A stretch of 64,000 bases of DNA, taken from Chara braunii. Lineage: Eukaryota > Plantae > Charophyceae. The number at the start of each line of letters is the position of its first letter. Position 1 is the stretch's first letter. The stretch spans positions 607,736 to 671,735 of the forward strand of contig BFEA01000004.1 in NCBI GenBank assembly GCA_003427395.1. Direction: 5' to 3'. Below, piece after piece: positions 1 to 14,449 of this stretch. The notes below the pieces were generated by a model that was given only the letters and a program-made list of their open reading frames with translations, made no database searches and was not told where the DNA came from. Position numbers and translations under genes: made by a program.

Positions 1-3000
1 CCTTTGATCCGATCAAGATCAAGGGTCTGAGGCTGTCGCACCTCAGCCACACACTTAGGGAGGCAGTTACCCTCAACTGCCTCCTTCCTTTTTCCCTTTT
101 TTCTTTGTACCCAGCACTTTATCAAGTGCAGATACATCAACAAAGTGGTTGTACACAACCAGTTTTTTCCTGTACATAACCAGTTTCTCCCCTATCCCTT
201 CAAGTTAGAGGCTTGGCCTGAATAGCCACATTCAGGCCAATTTAACCTATATTTGAAGCACGGCTGCAGCCACGTTTGTGGTTGTGGCTGTTGCTTTCTT
301 CCCCCTTGCATTTCTTTCCCCACTTTTTTTTTTTTTTTTTTTCGAGACAACTCCTCTTTTTCCATTTTCTTCCACTGCCTGCTTTCCAACGGCCACAAAA
401 TGGGGAAGGGGAAAAAAAAAAGGAAAGAAAGAGAGGAAAAAAAAACAGAATAAAAAAAGAAACTAAACTTACCTTGACAGCAAAATGGTTGCATGTTGTC
501 CTCCTTGGGGCACTAAGTCCCCCGTTCTTTCTAGTTACGCCACCTGGCGCCCTATTTTAGTTAGATTTTTTTTTTTTTTTTTTTTTTTTTGTAAAGTGTC
601 GTTGGCATTTGCTAACGACCATGTTTGCTCGTGATGTGCCTTGCTGGCACCCCCCCCCTCTTTGCGATGAGTGGACCCAAGTTCAATCTCAATGGGGGAT
701 CGAAAAATATGGGTAATTTCTCGATTTATGCATGTCATCCTTTGCGCATTGGCCATGTTGTATCCGCGCGACCATTTTTGGCCGTGCGCGATAAAAAAAT
801 GGCCGCGCCTAGCTGGTGAGTAGCTCCAAAAATGAGCTAGCCCATGCAGCGTATCGCCAGGGTCGATCCCAACATCTGCTGGGTGAAAGTTGAATGCGGT
901 ACCTACAAGACTAGCTCCTATAACAGGAGCTGTACCTGCCACACTTCTATTTGAAGAGTTGCGGCCCAGTAGGCCGCCTACTCCCTGGTCTAGGCAGGTG
1001 CAGTCTGCCTACTCCTTGGCGTAGGCAGGTGTAGTCCGCCTATCCCTTCTAAAGGCAGTCGCCCCTCCATCCACCTGGTTGGGCTTGGTCTAGTAGGCAC
1101 GACAATACATTCTTTTGGTCGTAGATCTGCCCTCGGACCCCTGACCGTCCGTCCTTTTAGAATGACACGAAACTTCTATCCGTCGCCGCACCCCTGGTGG
1201 GCTAATTTTTCGGCCTTTCTAGCCTTGAATCGCGTGGCAACTAAGCCGCCCGTCATTATTTTAGATAGGATGGGTCTTAGCTCAAGCATTCCCATGACCG
1301 TGCGCTTCCACGGCGCTATCAGGAGCCGATTCTGACCGGTCACACTGCCGATTATTGCCATTATGTTCGGAATTTTTTTTTTGGTTTTCTCGGTCATAGG
1401 CTAGTTTGAATAAACTTTTAGCAGACATCAATCTCATCAAGTCGTTCGATTCAACAAAAAAGTCGGATAATGACCGACATTGAAAAACTTGAGCAGATAC
1501 CCTTATAAGGGTTTCTGCTACGACAGTGTACTGGAATCGATTGTGTAATGAAATCGATTACATAATCAAATCGATTGCGTAATCGAATCGATTATGAAGT
1601 CGAATCGAATCTGTTACCTAATCGATTCGATTACGCAATTAACTGCTTTCTGCCGCCATTGTCCAACCCCAACGCCCATTGTCTGTGCTCCAAGATCGCC
1701 CGAGCTTGGCGTCCCTCGCCCTCGCCCCCTGCATCTGCCCCGCGACCCTTCCCCATTTCCCCCTGCCCTCTGCCATCGTCACTTGCCCTTTGCCATCGTC
1801 GCTTGCCCTGTGCCAGCACCCGCCTCCCCCGCCATCCTCTAGCCCGAGGTGTCCAGTGTTGGGGGAGGGGATGGAAGGGAAAGAGGTAGAAGGGAAGGGA
1901 ATAGAAAAAGGGGGGGGGGGGGGGGGGAAAGAGCGTGGAAGGCGGTGATAGTTGGGAGTGAGAAGGGAAGGAGGTAAAAAGTAATGATTGCGGGGGAGGT
2001 GTCATGGGCGAGGGGAGGGGAAAGCGGCAGGGAAGGGGAAAGTCGAGGGGGAGGAGTAAGTGTTTGCACGGACAGGAAAAAGTTGCGATGTTGGGGGGGA
2101 GGTGTCATCAGCAGGGGGAGGTAAGAGGAGGGGCTGAAGGGCGGATGCAATACTGGAGCGGGGAGAGGGAAAGTAGTGGAGGGTCACTGAGGAGGAGGAA
2201 AGCCGTGGAATCTGGCAACGATGGTGGTGGGTGGGAGAGGAAAAGCAACAAAAGGGAGAGAGAGGAAAGTTGCTTTCCCCTGGCTGGTTTCTCCCTACCC
2301 CCCAACTTTCTTTCTCTTCCCCGTTACCATCACCACCACATTCAAGTTTCGCCACTCCCCTTCACCCTCCCCCGGGCCGCCCCCCTTCTGCTCTCTCCCC
2401 TCCCCTCCCCCACCATTCAAGTTGGCACCTCCACCGCCGCTATCACGACTTTCCCCGCACTCTCCACCTTTCGCTCCCATCATTGGCGTCGATGGGGTTA
2501 GAGGAAAGCGACAATGGCGGGGGAGGTGCTGTCAGCAGGGGAAAGCGGCGATCTCGAGCTCCGCCCCCCCCTCTCTCTCACATCATACACACACACACAA
2601 ACACACACATACACGCACACAAACATACACTTCCTCTCTGCATGTTGTTCCACCGTGTTGATGGAATCTCACTGCTTGCTCTCTATGAGTACGTTGGAAT
2701 TCATTGTGGGTTTTCTGCATATCTGTTGAGACTTGCACCACAAAATAATTGTTAGAGATCATTTTTGTTTTCTTGACCCTATTTTATTTTTTGTCAAGGT
2801 CCACATGTGCCAAGTTTGGTGTTTGTTGGGGTTTTATAGATGACTGTTTTGGCCAACCTTTAAAATCATAAAACGTTAAAAAACAAAATTCGTATAAAAA
2901 TACATTTTTGGCTTGGGGTTTTATGCCCGTTTGATCCATTTTTTCCTTTTTGTTTTTTTCCGTTGGTTTGTTTGATGTCCACTCTATGGAGTGGTGACAA

Positions 3001-4603
3001 GTCTGGCTTAAAGTATGTTAGATGTTTGTTACAATGACCATGAAAAAACCCATAAATTTTAGGGTTCTACTAACTACTTCTCCAAATGTTGAGGCACTAA
3101 GACTGAACAGGAACCCCACAAAGTCGTTGTTGAAGCATGGTCAAACAAGCCCGATTATACAGGTACTATGGACACTAGGCGTAAGCGTTTTTTCCATATA
3201 GGTCTCATGGATAAACCTCTCGTTATCCCACAAACTTACCTTGGCTCTCTAGTGTATGAGTGTAGTCGTACACCCCCTAGATATCATTGGCGACATCTAA
3301 TGTCCCCCTACTCAAAATCTAACCTATAACACCTTCTCAGCAACCCGTGTACTATGCCCACCTACCGTAACCATTATGGATTATTCTAGTTGTTTCTTAT
3401 AATGACCTAGCGGTTCTAACCTTATAATAGTCGACGTACATCCTCGAAACCTCTTTCCATTCACTTTGTGGTTGTATAGTTGTTGTTATGAATCTGGAGG
3501 TACTTTATCCTCTGTCTTTACTAGGTTGCAATCCCTATCTTCCATCTTACCTCTAGCATTAACTAGGATCCTCCAACTTGTTATAATTGCATGTTGTCAT
3601 CACCCATACGAGCATTGGTCTCTTTTATTGATAGGTGCGAGGTTACTTTGTGTTTCTCATACCTCTATCATAAATCGAGTCTACTCTGACCTATTTCTTG
3701 ACATTATGAGCAAATAATTACACCACTATTTAACACAGGGATAACCCCTACAAGATCTTCCTGCCTAACCCATTTATCCCATGTTGCAACCCCTTCCAAT
3801 GTAGAGTTATTTCAACCGTCCGGAAAGTCCATGGCAACGGGACCCCCTGCACTATCCTATCTACAACTATGTCACCAAAAGCAAAACCCGAAGGTAACCA
3901 AATGCTTATGATTTTTTAATCTCTCAACTAAAGTACGTTTTCAATCACGCAACTGTAGCTTGTTTTCAATATCTCCATTACAGTACGTTTTCAATCCCTT
4001 CACTACAATGCATTTTGAATCTCTCTGCTACAGTATGTTTTCAATCTGTCTTCCACATGCTTGTCTGCCTCACACCTATCTCCATACCATATGATATAGC
4101 AGTCTGATCAGACATGAACCTTAATTTCTCACATGCAACACCTAGCTTAGCAGAATAAATGCAACTTGAAAATATCAAAATTTTCTAAGAATTTGTACTG
4201 CGAACGGATGTAAGGTCAAATAACTGAAAAACAAAATGAATAAAATTTTATATTTCAAATTTAAAAAAAAATGATATCTTACTATGCGTACAACACTTTC
4301 TTTGGGTACTATTTAAGGTACAACTTATATCTTTAGCTTAGAAGAAGTATGTGTTTTTTTTGCGTGGTCATCTTCCTTTTATAAAAAGTATAATTTATAA
4401 AAAACTATGCGTCATTACCCTTTCGCAGATCGTAGAAAAATCTTGCATTACCAAGTCCTACGAAACAGTTAGTCACAATACCTTGTTTGTTGTCCTCTTC
4501 TTCCTCTCTGCCTACGGTTTACCGGACAACTCTGTTTGAGAAAATGTGCTCTCGCACTCACTAATTTTAATTATCATTTGATTTTTTTTTATTATTATTA
4601 TAT

Positions 4604-4780
4604 CTAGGCTACCAGCCACGCCGCGCGGGCATCGGGTTACTAGCCCGTGCAAGAACAAGGAAAGGTCCCAACAGAAAACAAAACAAATCCAAAAAATATG
4701 AAAAACTACTATGTTATGTAGAAAAATAAACTAAACAACTTTTGTCTCAGGCTCACATCGAAATTCTTTACCAAATATAA

Positions 4781-4833
<53 letters not shown>

Positions 4834-4885
4834 AACCTTTTTGGCCCGGCCGGGCAAGTGACCCCGGGCCACTCTGGTAGCCTAG
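4604..4885. mobile_element. hAT-type MITE
   Basis: TIR CTAGGCTACCAG/CTGGTAGCCTAG; perfect 8-bp TSD TATTATAT. Confidence 0.85.
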
Positions 4886-4993
4886 TATTATATGTATATA
4901 TTTTCTGTATTTTATTTTATTTCATAGTTGACAATGAATTTGGATGTAATGCTAAGGTTAATGTTGTTTATTTTAGTTTTCTTCATAACATAT

Positions 4994-5027
<34 letters not shown>

Positions 5028-5489
5028 TTCTGCTTGAACGACCGAACGCATCCCTACGGGATCCCGTACGTTCGGGCATTCGGGTTCGGGCGTTCGTCCC
5101 GTTCCGAATACCGGTTACCCTATGCATGTATATAAATACATATTGGGCCTAACCGAGCAAGTGGTCTCGGACTACTATTGTAGTCTAGAATATCATTAAT
5201 ATTTTTTTATTTTTTTTTCAGGTTAGCGTATTCTTCGGGATGAGAGTGTCCGATATTAACGGGAAGAGACACATTTCTTTGGGCGTATACACTTTATATC
5301 CCCAAGAAGTAATTGAAAAATAAAAAAAAGATGAATGTCGTCAAACCACGGCTCACCAGATGTGCAACGTGGGAATGAATCTTATGCGAGAACATGAATA
5401 TTTTGTGTTTTGGACATGTAATGACCTTAGAGCCAGTCGCAATAAGAATCGAAAAAATCAAGAAAAGTGAACTTGTATTTCTCTCTCTC

Positions 5490-5558
<69 letters not shown>

Positions 5559-8359
5559 CGCGCGCGCGCGCGCGCGCGCACGCTCCTGTGCTCTGCTGTG
5601 GTTAAGAAAATGTCATTGTGCTCCCGTCACTGACACTTTGTGCATTGCAGGGGTCTCCTTCTCTCTCTCTCTCTCTCTCTGTGCATGACCTCTCTCTCTT
5701 TGTGGGTGACCTGCGCTATGCTTCACTGTCTTCCACCTCATCTAATAATGCGCAACCAAGGAAGTGGCAGTGTGAAGCGGTCAGGAAAGTGGCAACGGGA
5801 AGCCATAAGGGATGCACCTCACTCTGCCAGGCATGACTCTACTACTCGACAAAAAATATGGTGTCTCATCTTTCTATGTTTTAGCGGAAGATCCATTTTC
5901 ATTTTGTAGATTTGATGAGGAGCGGAGCGCGGTCCTAAGTGAGAAAATAAAAACTAATCTTCAACTAGAACATTAAAAGATACCACACCCCATATTTTTT
6001 CTCTTTCTGGGACCCTCCTCCACAATCCATAACTAAGCGTACTCTGGTTGAACATGATCCTCAAAAAGTTATTGCAGTCCACTTGCACATAAACATATAC
6101 GTTGTAAACGGCTACAACACACGATGTGCATTATATTCGCTTACAACGTATGGTGATAGTTGTTATCCTACCACTGTTGTAATGGTTTTATTTTCCCTCT
6201 TAAAGTCAAACTTTCCATTACGTCATCAAACTAGAGGCCACCCGGAAACGGTGTTTGCAATATCATTCGCCTTAGCTTACAACCATAAGCATGCGAACCT
6301 TAATAACTCCAAGGTTGTTGGTTCTACCTTTCCTCCCCTATAACGAGTTAGCATAATATATACTACTATAATACATTCGCTCGTTAAGTATAAAGGATCC
6401 TAAAGCAAACGTATTTAACTACATGTTCCAAAAGGCTTAATCCTCGTTATCTACCGACTGATATAAATGAGTAGGAAGCCAACTCCTACCATTTTCGTCG
6501 AGGATGCTAATTTGATGCTTTCTAACAAACATATTTCCTCCCTCCACACATATCCAGCAACTACTGCCCCCCTCTTCTTCTGGAAGAGAAGATTAAGCGT
6601 CCAGGTGCGTATGAAACATTGAATAACCACTTCGTCAAAAGACTCTAAACCAACTTCATCGCAACCAATTGTTTGTTACCTTCCTACTTTTTGTAAAACC
6701 ACCTAATGCTTGTTATCATGTTCTTTGCTAATACTTTTTTATGTCGGTCACTGTAGTGAGAACTATATTATGCTTGTTTTTTATTCCAGAGGCTTGTCTA
6801 ACAAGAACTCCCTCTAAAAATGTAGATTATTTCTCTCCTCCTAAATGACCCTTAAAACCATTGCCCTGATAATAAAAATCACATTGCACTAGTATTTTGA
6901 GGCATTGGATTGAGTCTTAATTGCCTTGAAGAAGAGTCAGTCTTCATTTTACTGAAATCTTTCCCCACACATCTTAACCTAGTACGGTAGTACCCCCGCT
7001 ACCAAAACCACATTCTTCCAGCAAATGGATAGGTCTGGCAGACATGAATCTTCGACTCGAACGACCACTTGCATCTCTTGCAGGATAATTCAAGTTTAAT
7101 TTCTCTACTCTTCATCTACACGGCACAAGGCATAATCATTATAGATAGCATCCAGACAGATGCAACTAACTCTTGGGATGCAATATTGTACATATTATTC
7201 CAAGAAGTCTCTACCGATCTTGAAATTTATGTTGGGTCGTTCCAGGTGACGTTTGACCAACATTCTTGACAACCACTATTTGTAAATTGTTTCTTTATAA
7301 CTGCAAGTAACGTTCTGTGATCAAGTACTCGGAAAGCCAAATCTTCGGATGCTGCCACCTTAAGATAGGTGGATCTAGCTTTAGTACCTTTATCCGTGTG
7401 CGACGTGTTCAAAACGTACGTGTAGTCTTCAACCTCATCACATTATTTGTTATCCCTTATATCGGTTAACTCTCGTAGAGAGTTTGAAACAATACCTTTC
7501 CCAAATTTACTAAAAGAATAGAGAGTCATGAAGGTTGATCTTAGCCCACTTTTGAAAACTCCTAGTGCCCCCAACACTAATGGTCAATAACCCCTAAGCC
7601 CCCCCTGCTCTACTACTAGCAATTTCAAGACTAGACCCGACTCTTGAGTAGACCAAGGCAGTTTGTACTAAGTACCCATTAGGTCCGTTCGTGAGGAGTT
7701 CAAGATTTCAATCACATTGCAATTACGAAAATAAATTCCTCCATATTTTTTTCAACTCCCTACAACCTTCTAGTCTTCCCTCCGAGGTTAGCCACTTAGA
7801 GTTAAAACTCTCATTATATGATCTCACAGAGTACTGTATTTTACGATGTTTTTCTTAGCCCAAGCTCAACCGAACGACCCCACGATAGTGTCCGTAGTAA
7901 AAGGTAATTATTCCTTATTTCTAATAAATGGATTATCGAATAAGGGTTAAGCCAAAACTTCCCCTTTGGTCGCCATTTGCATTCGTGATTTAAGCTTAAT
8001 TTTTCGCCACGGTGATGCGAATAACTATTAAGACATTTTGTCGAAAATAAATTTAAATTTATGTCTGAGAAAGGAATTCAAGATATAACACACCAGACAT
8101 TTGCTACATCAGGATGTTGTCATTTTTCAACTATGATGACCTATGTCATAAGAACGTAACGGTTTGACACCTCTGTCGATACGGCTTTGATAACTCACTA
8201 AACCAACATGGTGATAATGCTACCCCCCTCTTTCTTCCTTAGGTAACAAAATATTATCATACACCACCCTAAAGATGAAACTGTTTTTTGCTCCGCTGAA
8301 AGGTCTTACACAAACTTCGCTACGACTCTCTTAACAACCTTGAACAACTCTTGCAAAGC

Positions 8360-8555
8360 AGCTAGACCCAAAGGTACGCCTTGAGGTAGTGAAAAAATCA
8401 AAGAATGAAATCCATGAGTTTGAAATCCCACTATAGTAAGCCCAATAAAAAGTGATAATGAAAGACCAAAGGTAACTACAAAATGACTTGTCAATGTAAA
8501 ACTATAAGGAATCATGCCAATATGATTACAAAAAAGAAGAAGTAAGAGTGACAAA
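8360..8555 (-). pseudogene. atp6: Nuclear insertion of a mitochondrial atp6 fragment (NUMT)
   Basis: LLFCNHIGMIPYSFTLTSHFVVTFGLSLSLFIGLTIVGFQTHGFH...LPQGVPL matches the conserved plant mitochondrial ATP6 segment (GMIPYSFTVTSH...LPAGVPL). Confidence 0.88.
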
Positions 8556-8619
8556 AATAAAATAATGTTGTGTAACATATATGTGTTGATCTGATTGGAA
8601 AATAAAAACTGCATTCTAT

Positions 8620-9560
8620 ATTGTTAGTAAACATAGTGAAAATATTTCTCAAATTTGGTTACAGACTCTAATTTGGAGTTCATCTTGTCCTGATGCTTAA
8701 CCCTTCGCCATAACTTGAGTTGTCGCCCTTAATTCCTTAGATACGATAGAGACTTCTAGACGCAGTCTATCTTGAGCCTTGAGTAATCTCTGCGTGTTGT
8801 TCCAATGCGGGGAGTGAAGCCCAATATCCTTGTTGGACTCTTCCATTGACCTTCGAATGATAAGGATATCTTTGAAGTATATCACCTCATAATTATTCAT
8901 TTTTCTTCATTTTGTTTGTATGTTAGTTCAACTGCAGGAAATAAGGGGTGTACCATCATCTTTTGCACTCTGCTTCTAGGGGACAACTTATAGAAGGTTC
9001 TCTAGTCAACCTGTTATAGAAATTATAGTTTAACTTCACCTAAGTCCAGACCCATGCTCATATCCAATGCATCTTTGTCCTCCCTTCTACGACATTTAGC
9101 TTATCTTTTATGCCCTGTTCTCCCTTATTGTGTTTTGACATCAGAATCCTCGATAGTACGCTCAAGAGATTGAAGTCGAACGAGATACCAGTGCTCCACC
9201 ACTTCCTCATATTTTCCAACTGATTCTATGACTTTTCATATTTTGTAGAAAAACTATCGACCCAACTAACCACACACGACTTATATAAAACCTGAGAGTT
9301 GAGTTTGAAGTAACTTGTATAAGATCCGGGATGTCTAATTGGCTAAAAAAGTCTAAACAGGGATGTGAATAGATACGGGTTCACACTGTACTCTAAATTT
9401 TAGCACATAGTAGTCATTCCACCAGAGACTTAACATGAAAAAATCAAGTTTTCGGTAACACCCTGTAGAGCTCCCTTCCACAGAAGAGGAATACCAGACG
9501 TGCTTAGGATCTACGGGATACAGAAACATATATGCATCACTAATTTCTGGCTCAATCATA
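8620..9560 (-). mobile_element. Highly decayed LTR-retrotransposon remnant (tentative)
   Basis: NYEVIYFKDILIIRRSMEE resembles the Ty3/Gypsy RT VYLDDILIYSRS motif; many stops. Confidence 0.3.
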
Positions 9561-11244
9561 AATTATAGTAGGAATGAAGTATGTACTGCTCTAGAGACCG
9601 CAATTAAGATTGTTTAAGGTATCATTTCAATCTCCCACTTCAACGAGATTATCCACATACAGCGTGTGAAACATTAACTCTAAAAAAAAACATAATATTT
9701 CATAACGGTTTGTTATAGCGTAAATCGTTATGATGGTATAAGCAAACGTTGGTCTTTCAAGTTTCACTTAAGATAAGCTGCTGGGAATATCTAGTATGTT
9801 AAAGTCGACAATCATTACGTCTAACGAACGACAAATTAGAATGTAGACCTCTCCTTTAATGCCATTTGTCAAGGACTATGGTTGCAGTCTGTTTCACCAT
9901 AAACCTAATTGTGCAATCTATTTCAAGTTGTCATTGACATTTGTTTATAAACTAGTGAAACTTGTACTTATATAGGGACAACTTTGGTCTAGCCCCTTAA
10001 ACACATGATTCGTGAAAATCATACAAAACCACAAAACTTAACATTTTGTATAAAGTAAAAAATTATAACTCAAACTTTTATTTATTGTTTTAAAAAAAGA
10101 TACATTTTCAACCACCTTCCAAAAGACAATGTAAAAAATCAGGCAAGCGGTCGAGCGATCCTCAAAATGTGGAGGAAAACTCTTTCTTGCAAAAATCCTG
10201 TTATAAAACTATAAGTCATTCTCAATAGATTGACAAAAAACCAGAACTTCAATAAAACAAACTCGAAACAGTTTTCGTGAATTCTGGCATATAGGGGTAT
10301 ATGTCGTTTCCAACATTTTATAGACTCTATAAAGTAATTTTGAAGTTAAAAATAAAATCCTTGCCAAAAAATGTATGTTATGTAAAATAATAGCACAAAC
10401 AACTGTTGGCTCGGAGACATCTTCAAATTCTTAGTCAAACGCAAGTTAAAAATAAAAAACCAAAAAAAAAGTTTAAAATACATTAAAAAAGAGGAAGTTT
10501 GTCCACAGACTATACACATGATCTTTTTAGATAATAGAAAAATGTATATTTCAATTTTTAAATATACAATACTTCGCCTAGTAATGATTTATTATGAAAA
10601 AACCTGATTTTTTTCTCGTAGTGGTTCTAAAAAATTATTTCTTTATTCTTTTTTTGTAATTTTTTTACTTTGCAAAAAATCTTACTCCTACAGGAGAGAT
10701 AAAAACCATACGCTCAGAATCATAAATATATTTCGTTCAAACCCAACATTTTTTTTTGTTGCATTTTCACGAATCCTATGTTCTGAAGACTTGTTTAAGG
10801 TATCTCGTAGACTAAGCATATTCTACTATATCGCTACCCTAAGATTATCGATATGACAATTTTTTCCGTAATACCTCTTAGATCCAGTCTGCCTTTGCTC
10901 CGATCTTCCGAACACATTTAACACTATATTTTGGTTTTTGTCTGCAGACAAAATGGTGGATGATAAAGTTTGTAACCACTTTTGAAAAAATATGCTTCTC
11001 TCAAATATTGAATTCAACTTCTTGTTGTTCGACAATTTATCGTTGAGACCCATAACAAAATTAGCGGGGCTCCTGATCAACCTTGACATGTTGACGTTAT
11101 TATCCCTACTCTTACAGAATATCGATAAAAGCAACAAAGCCTGTTCTCGGTGAGAGGCAGTTAACGAAGACCCTGATTTTCATACGACTTGTCGTGTCAT
11201 TTATAACAAAATCCAACATTTATGTTAACAAACTTGGCACCAAG

Positions 11245-11621
11245 TTGCGTAGCACGGCGAACGTGTTCGCACCCCTCCATGTTCGCGCGAACGTGTTCGC
11301 GCGTTCGCGCGAACAGGTCGTGAACATGTTCGTGCGTACAGGTCGTGAACATTTTTTTTTTCCAGTTCTATTTGACGATATATATATATATTTTTCGGTT
11401 TTTGATTCTTAACTCAGGATTGGCTGAGAATTTGAACATGACTCCAAGGCAAAAGCTGCTTGTTTTATTATTTTACATAACATATATTTTTTTTCAGATT
11501 TTTTTGAGACTTTTTTTTTTTAATATTTTTTATGTTCGCGTTCGGAGGGTTTGGGGCGCTTGTTCGCGTTCGGGCGAACATGTTCGTGTTCTCCTCCGAA
11601 CACGAACACGGTGCTACGTAG
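11245..11621. mobile_element. hAT-type MITE (GTTCGC/GCGAAC-repeat arms)
   Basis: TIR TTGCGTAGCAC/GTGCTACGTAG; 8-bp TSD GCACCAAG/CCACCAAG. Confidence 0.75.
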
Positions 11622-11876
11622 CCACCAAGTTATAGAATAAATACTATAGTTCCTAACTGGGGAAAAAAAAAGAAAACCTATAAAACAACAAGGTAAAAGT
11701 AAACTTTCATGCAAATTTCACCAACATTCAGTTTCAGAAATTTTGACAAATTAAAAGAATATTAGCAAAGGAAATTCCAATGCTCCAAATGAGACCAAAT
11801 TTTATACACAACAACCTTGAACCAAAATAAAAACACGCAAATAAATAAATAAATAAATAAAACTTGGCCCCCAAAC

Positions 11877-12440
11877 CTAGGTTACTAGAGTGGCCCGGGT
11901 CGACTTGCCCGGACGGGCAAAAAAAATAAAAATTAATTTTTAATTAAAATTTTTCTAGGCTACCAGAGTGGCCCGGATCCATTTGCCCGGCCGGGCAAAA
12001 AAGAAAAAAGAAAAAAATTATTTTTTTATTTAAATTTTTATTTTAAATTTGGTAAAGAATTTCTATGTGACCCTGAGGTAAAAGTTGTTCAGTTTATTTT
12101 TCTGCATAACATAGTTGTTTTTCGGAGTTTTTCGATTTTTTTTTTTTTTTTTTTTGGTTGAACCTTCTCTGGTCCTTGCACTGCCGGGCCGCCCAGGAAA
12201 ATAGGGTGACCCGGGCGGCCCGGCTGGTAGCCTAGAAATTTTGATTTTAAATTCAATAAAGAATTTCGATGTGATCTTAAGACAAAAGTTGTTCAGTTTA
12301 GTTTTATGAATAATATAGTTTGTTTTCACATTTTTTTATTTTGTTTTTTTTACCCCCTTGGTTGGGACCTTCAAAGGTCCTTGCACGACTGGGCCGCCTG
12401 GGAAAATAAGGTGACTCGGGCGGCCCGGCTGGTAGCCTGG
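11877..12440. mobile_element. hAT-type MITE hosting a nested same-family copy
   Basis: Ends CTAGGTTACTAG/CTGGTAGCCTGG; perfect TSD CCCCAAAC. Confidence 0.8.
11955..12235. mobile_element. Nested hAT-type MITE
   Basis: TIR CTAGGCTACCAG/CTGGTAGCCTAG; TSD AAATTTTT/AAATTTTG. Confidence 0.8.
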
Positions 12441-12575
12441 CCCCAAACCTTAATTTCAGTTTTGGACTTATTATTCAGTAACTGAAATCGGGGGTCCCCG
12501 TTAACCACATGTGTTCCCGGTGAAATTGCGTAAAAAATATAACGGGGCTAGACTGCCAATCGATGTGATAAAATA

Positions 12576-12914
12576 CTAGGTTACCAATGGTCCGGGGGCC
12601 GGTCGTCTCCCCCGGACGTCTCCCCATACGTCCGGTACCCCCGTCGTCCGGAAAAATATATTTTTTTTTTTCCGTAAAAGAAAAAAAATATTTGTTTTTT
12701 GGTTTTTGATTTTTTACTTTTGATTGACTGCGAATTTGAACATGACTCCAAGGCAAACGTTGCTTGTATTGTTATGTTACATAACATATATATTTTTCAG
12801 AGTTTTTTGAGATTTTTTTTTTTTTTTTTTTTTTTTACGCTAGGTGGGATACCCTGTCCGGTCGGACATCCCGGACGGTCAGCGAGGTCCCGGACGTCCG
12901 ATCCAACAACCTAG
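12576..12914. mobile_element. hAT-type MITE (CCGGAC-repeat arms)
   Basis: Ends CTAGGTT/AACCTAG; perfect TSD ATAAAATA. Confidence 0.8.
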
Positions 12915-13378
12915 ATAAAATATTTGATTTCTTTTATCCTGACAATCAACATAGAATCTTTGATGGGCAATATCAGGTAATAGGTGCATTGATATTTACT
13001 CGCCAAGACTTTCCTTAGCTTGGAATAAAATCCCATCTAGTGGAACAAACTCTTTAATTTCAGATGAGTAAATGAAGATAACGTTTTGGGGAAAGAGTCA
13101 TGCTAAAATTTGGATTGCACCATTAATCAATGAACACACATACAGAATGAATCTTTTCTCCACCGTTTAAAATTATGATCTCCCAATTGTTATGGTCCTT
13201 CGGTTTTGAGTTATATTTGCACCAAGTTTAAATGAAGACTCGTGCGTCTGTCCACTTCCTAAGATCGTTTGAAATTGAGTATTGTTGTTCGTTAACCTCA
13301 TGTTACCAGTCCCTGAGTTTCACGTTGTTTCTTGCGGACAACTTCTCCAAAATCAGTTCGTAATCTCTCTCTTGCCGC

Positions 13379-13741
13379 CTACGTAGCACCTTGTTTGCGT
13401 TCGGAGGCGAATGCGAACATGTTGGCCCGAACGCGAACAAGCGCCAAAAACCCTCCGAACACGAAAATTAAAAAAAAAAAAAAAAAAAAATTATCAGAAA
13501 GATCTGAAAAACATATATGTTATGTAAAACAACAATACAAGCAACATTTGCCTTGGCGTCATGTTCAAATTCGTAACCAATCATCAGTTAAAAATCAGAA
13601 ACCAAAAACATATATATATATATATATATATATTTTTACGAAAAATGTTTTTTTGTTCGCCCGAACATGTTCGCAAGCTGTTCGTGCGAACACGTTCGCC
13701 CGAACGTGAAGGGGCGCGAACAAGTTCGGCGTGCTACGCAG
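13379..13741. mobile_element. hAT-type MITE, inverted relative of 11245-11621
   Basis: TIR CTACGTAGCAC/GTGCTACGCAG; perfect TSD CTTGCCGC. Confidence 0.8.
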
Positions 13742-14449
13742 CTTGCCGCCTTTAGCAGAGATCTTTTTCTTGAGTGTCGTTGCGAAGAAGTTGACGACCT
13801 TTTTAAATGAGTTTGTGGATCTGTGTTCTTGCTGACCATTTCTTTAGATCTTAAACTTAGTATATCCCTCTCGCTTCATCCATTGGACCGATGCTATTCA
13901 TGAACAGTGATTATGACGCTTAACCAGAAAATTGGTTGACCTATTGCAAATTTTGTGAATGGAGATCTACACCATCAGTTATCGTGAATCATATGGGATA
14001 CGTTGAAATCAACGAAAATAATGGATATTTCGATGAGAGCAGAGCTTGGTGATGAGCCATATCTCAACTCTGAGTCGTACAGTGGTTTATTTTTCGATTT
14101 CTTTTCGAAACTTAACGAGATTGAGCTGATGTTTCAGCAACTACATCTCCTTGATAAATGTTACAGCCTCTGCTACATTGATTCGACGATCTTTGTGAGA
14201 ACTAGATAGATCTTGATCTCTGATGTCGATTCTCGTTCACATAAAAATTCATTTCTCCCATATTTACCACTGACACACCTTATTGATTGCGTCGATAACT
14301 CCTTTGGTTGCCTTAATTGCTCATCAGGTTTTTGACACACTTGTCATCCTTGTAGATATCTGCACCACGGCATCGTAAAGCTGACCAATTTCAACTCCCT
14401 CATATCCCCATTATCAATTATAACCCAAATCCTTTCGATCATAATATCT

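Noticed and set aside
1575-2755. Many overlapping Pro/Gly-rich ORFs
   Set aside because: Purine/pyrimidine-skewed interior of a probable non-coding repeat next to AATCGA repeats; no domain signal
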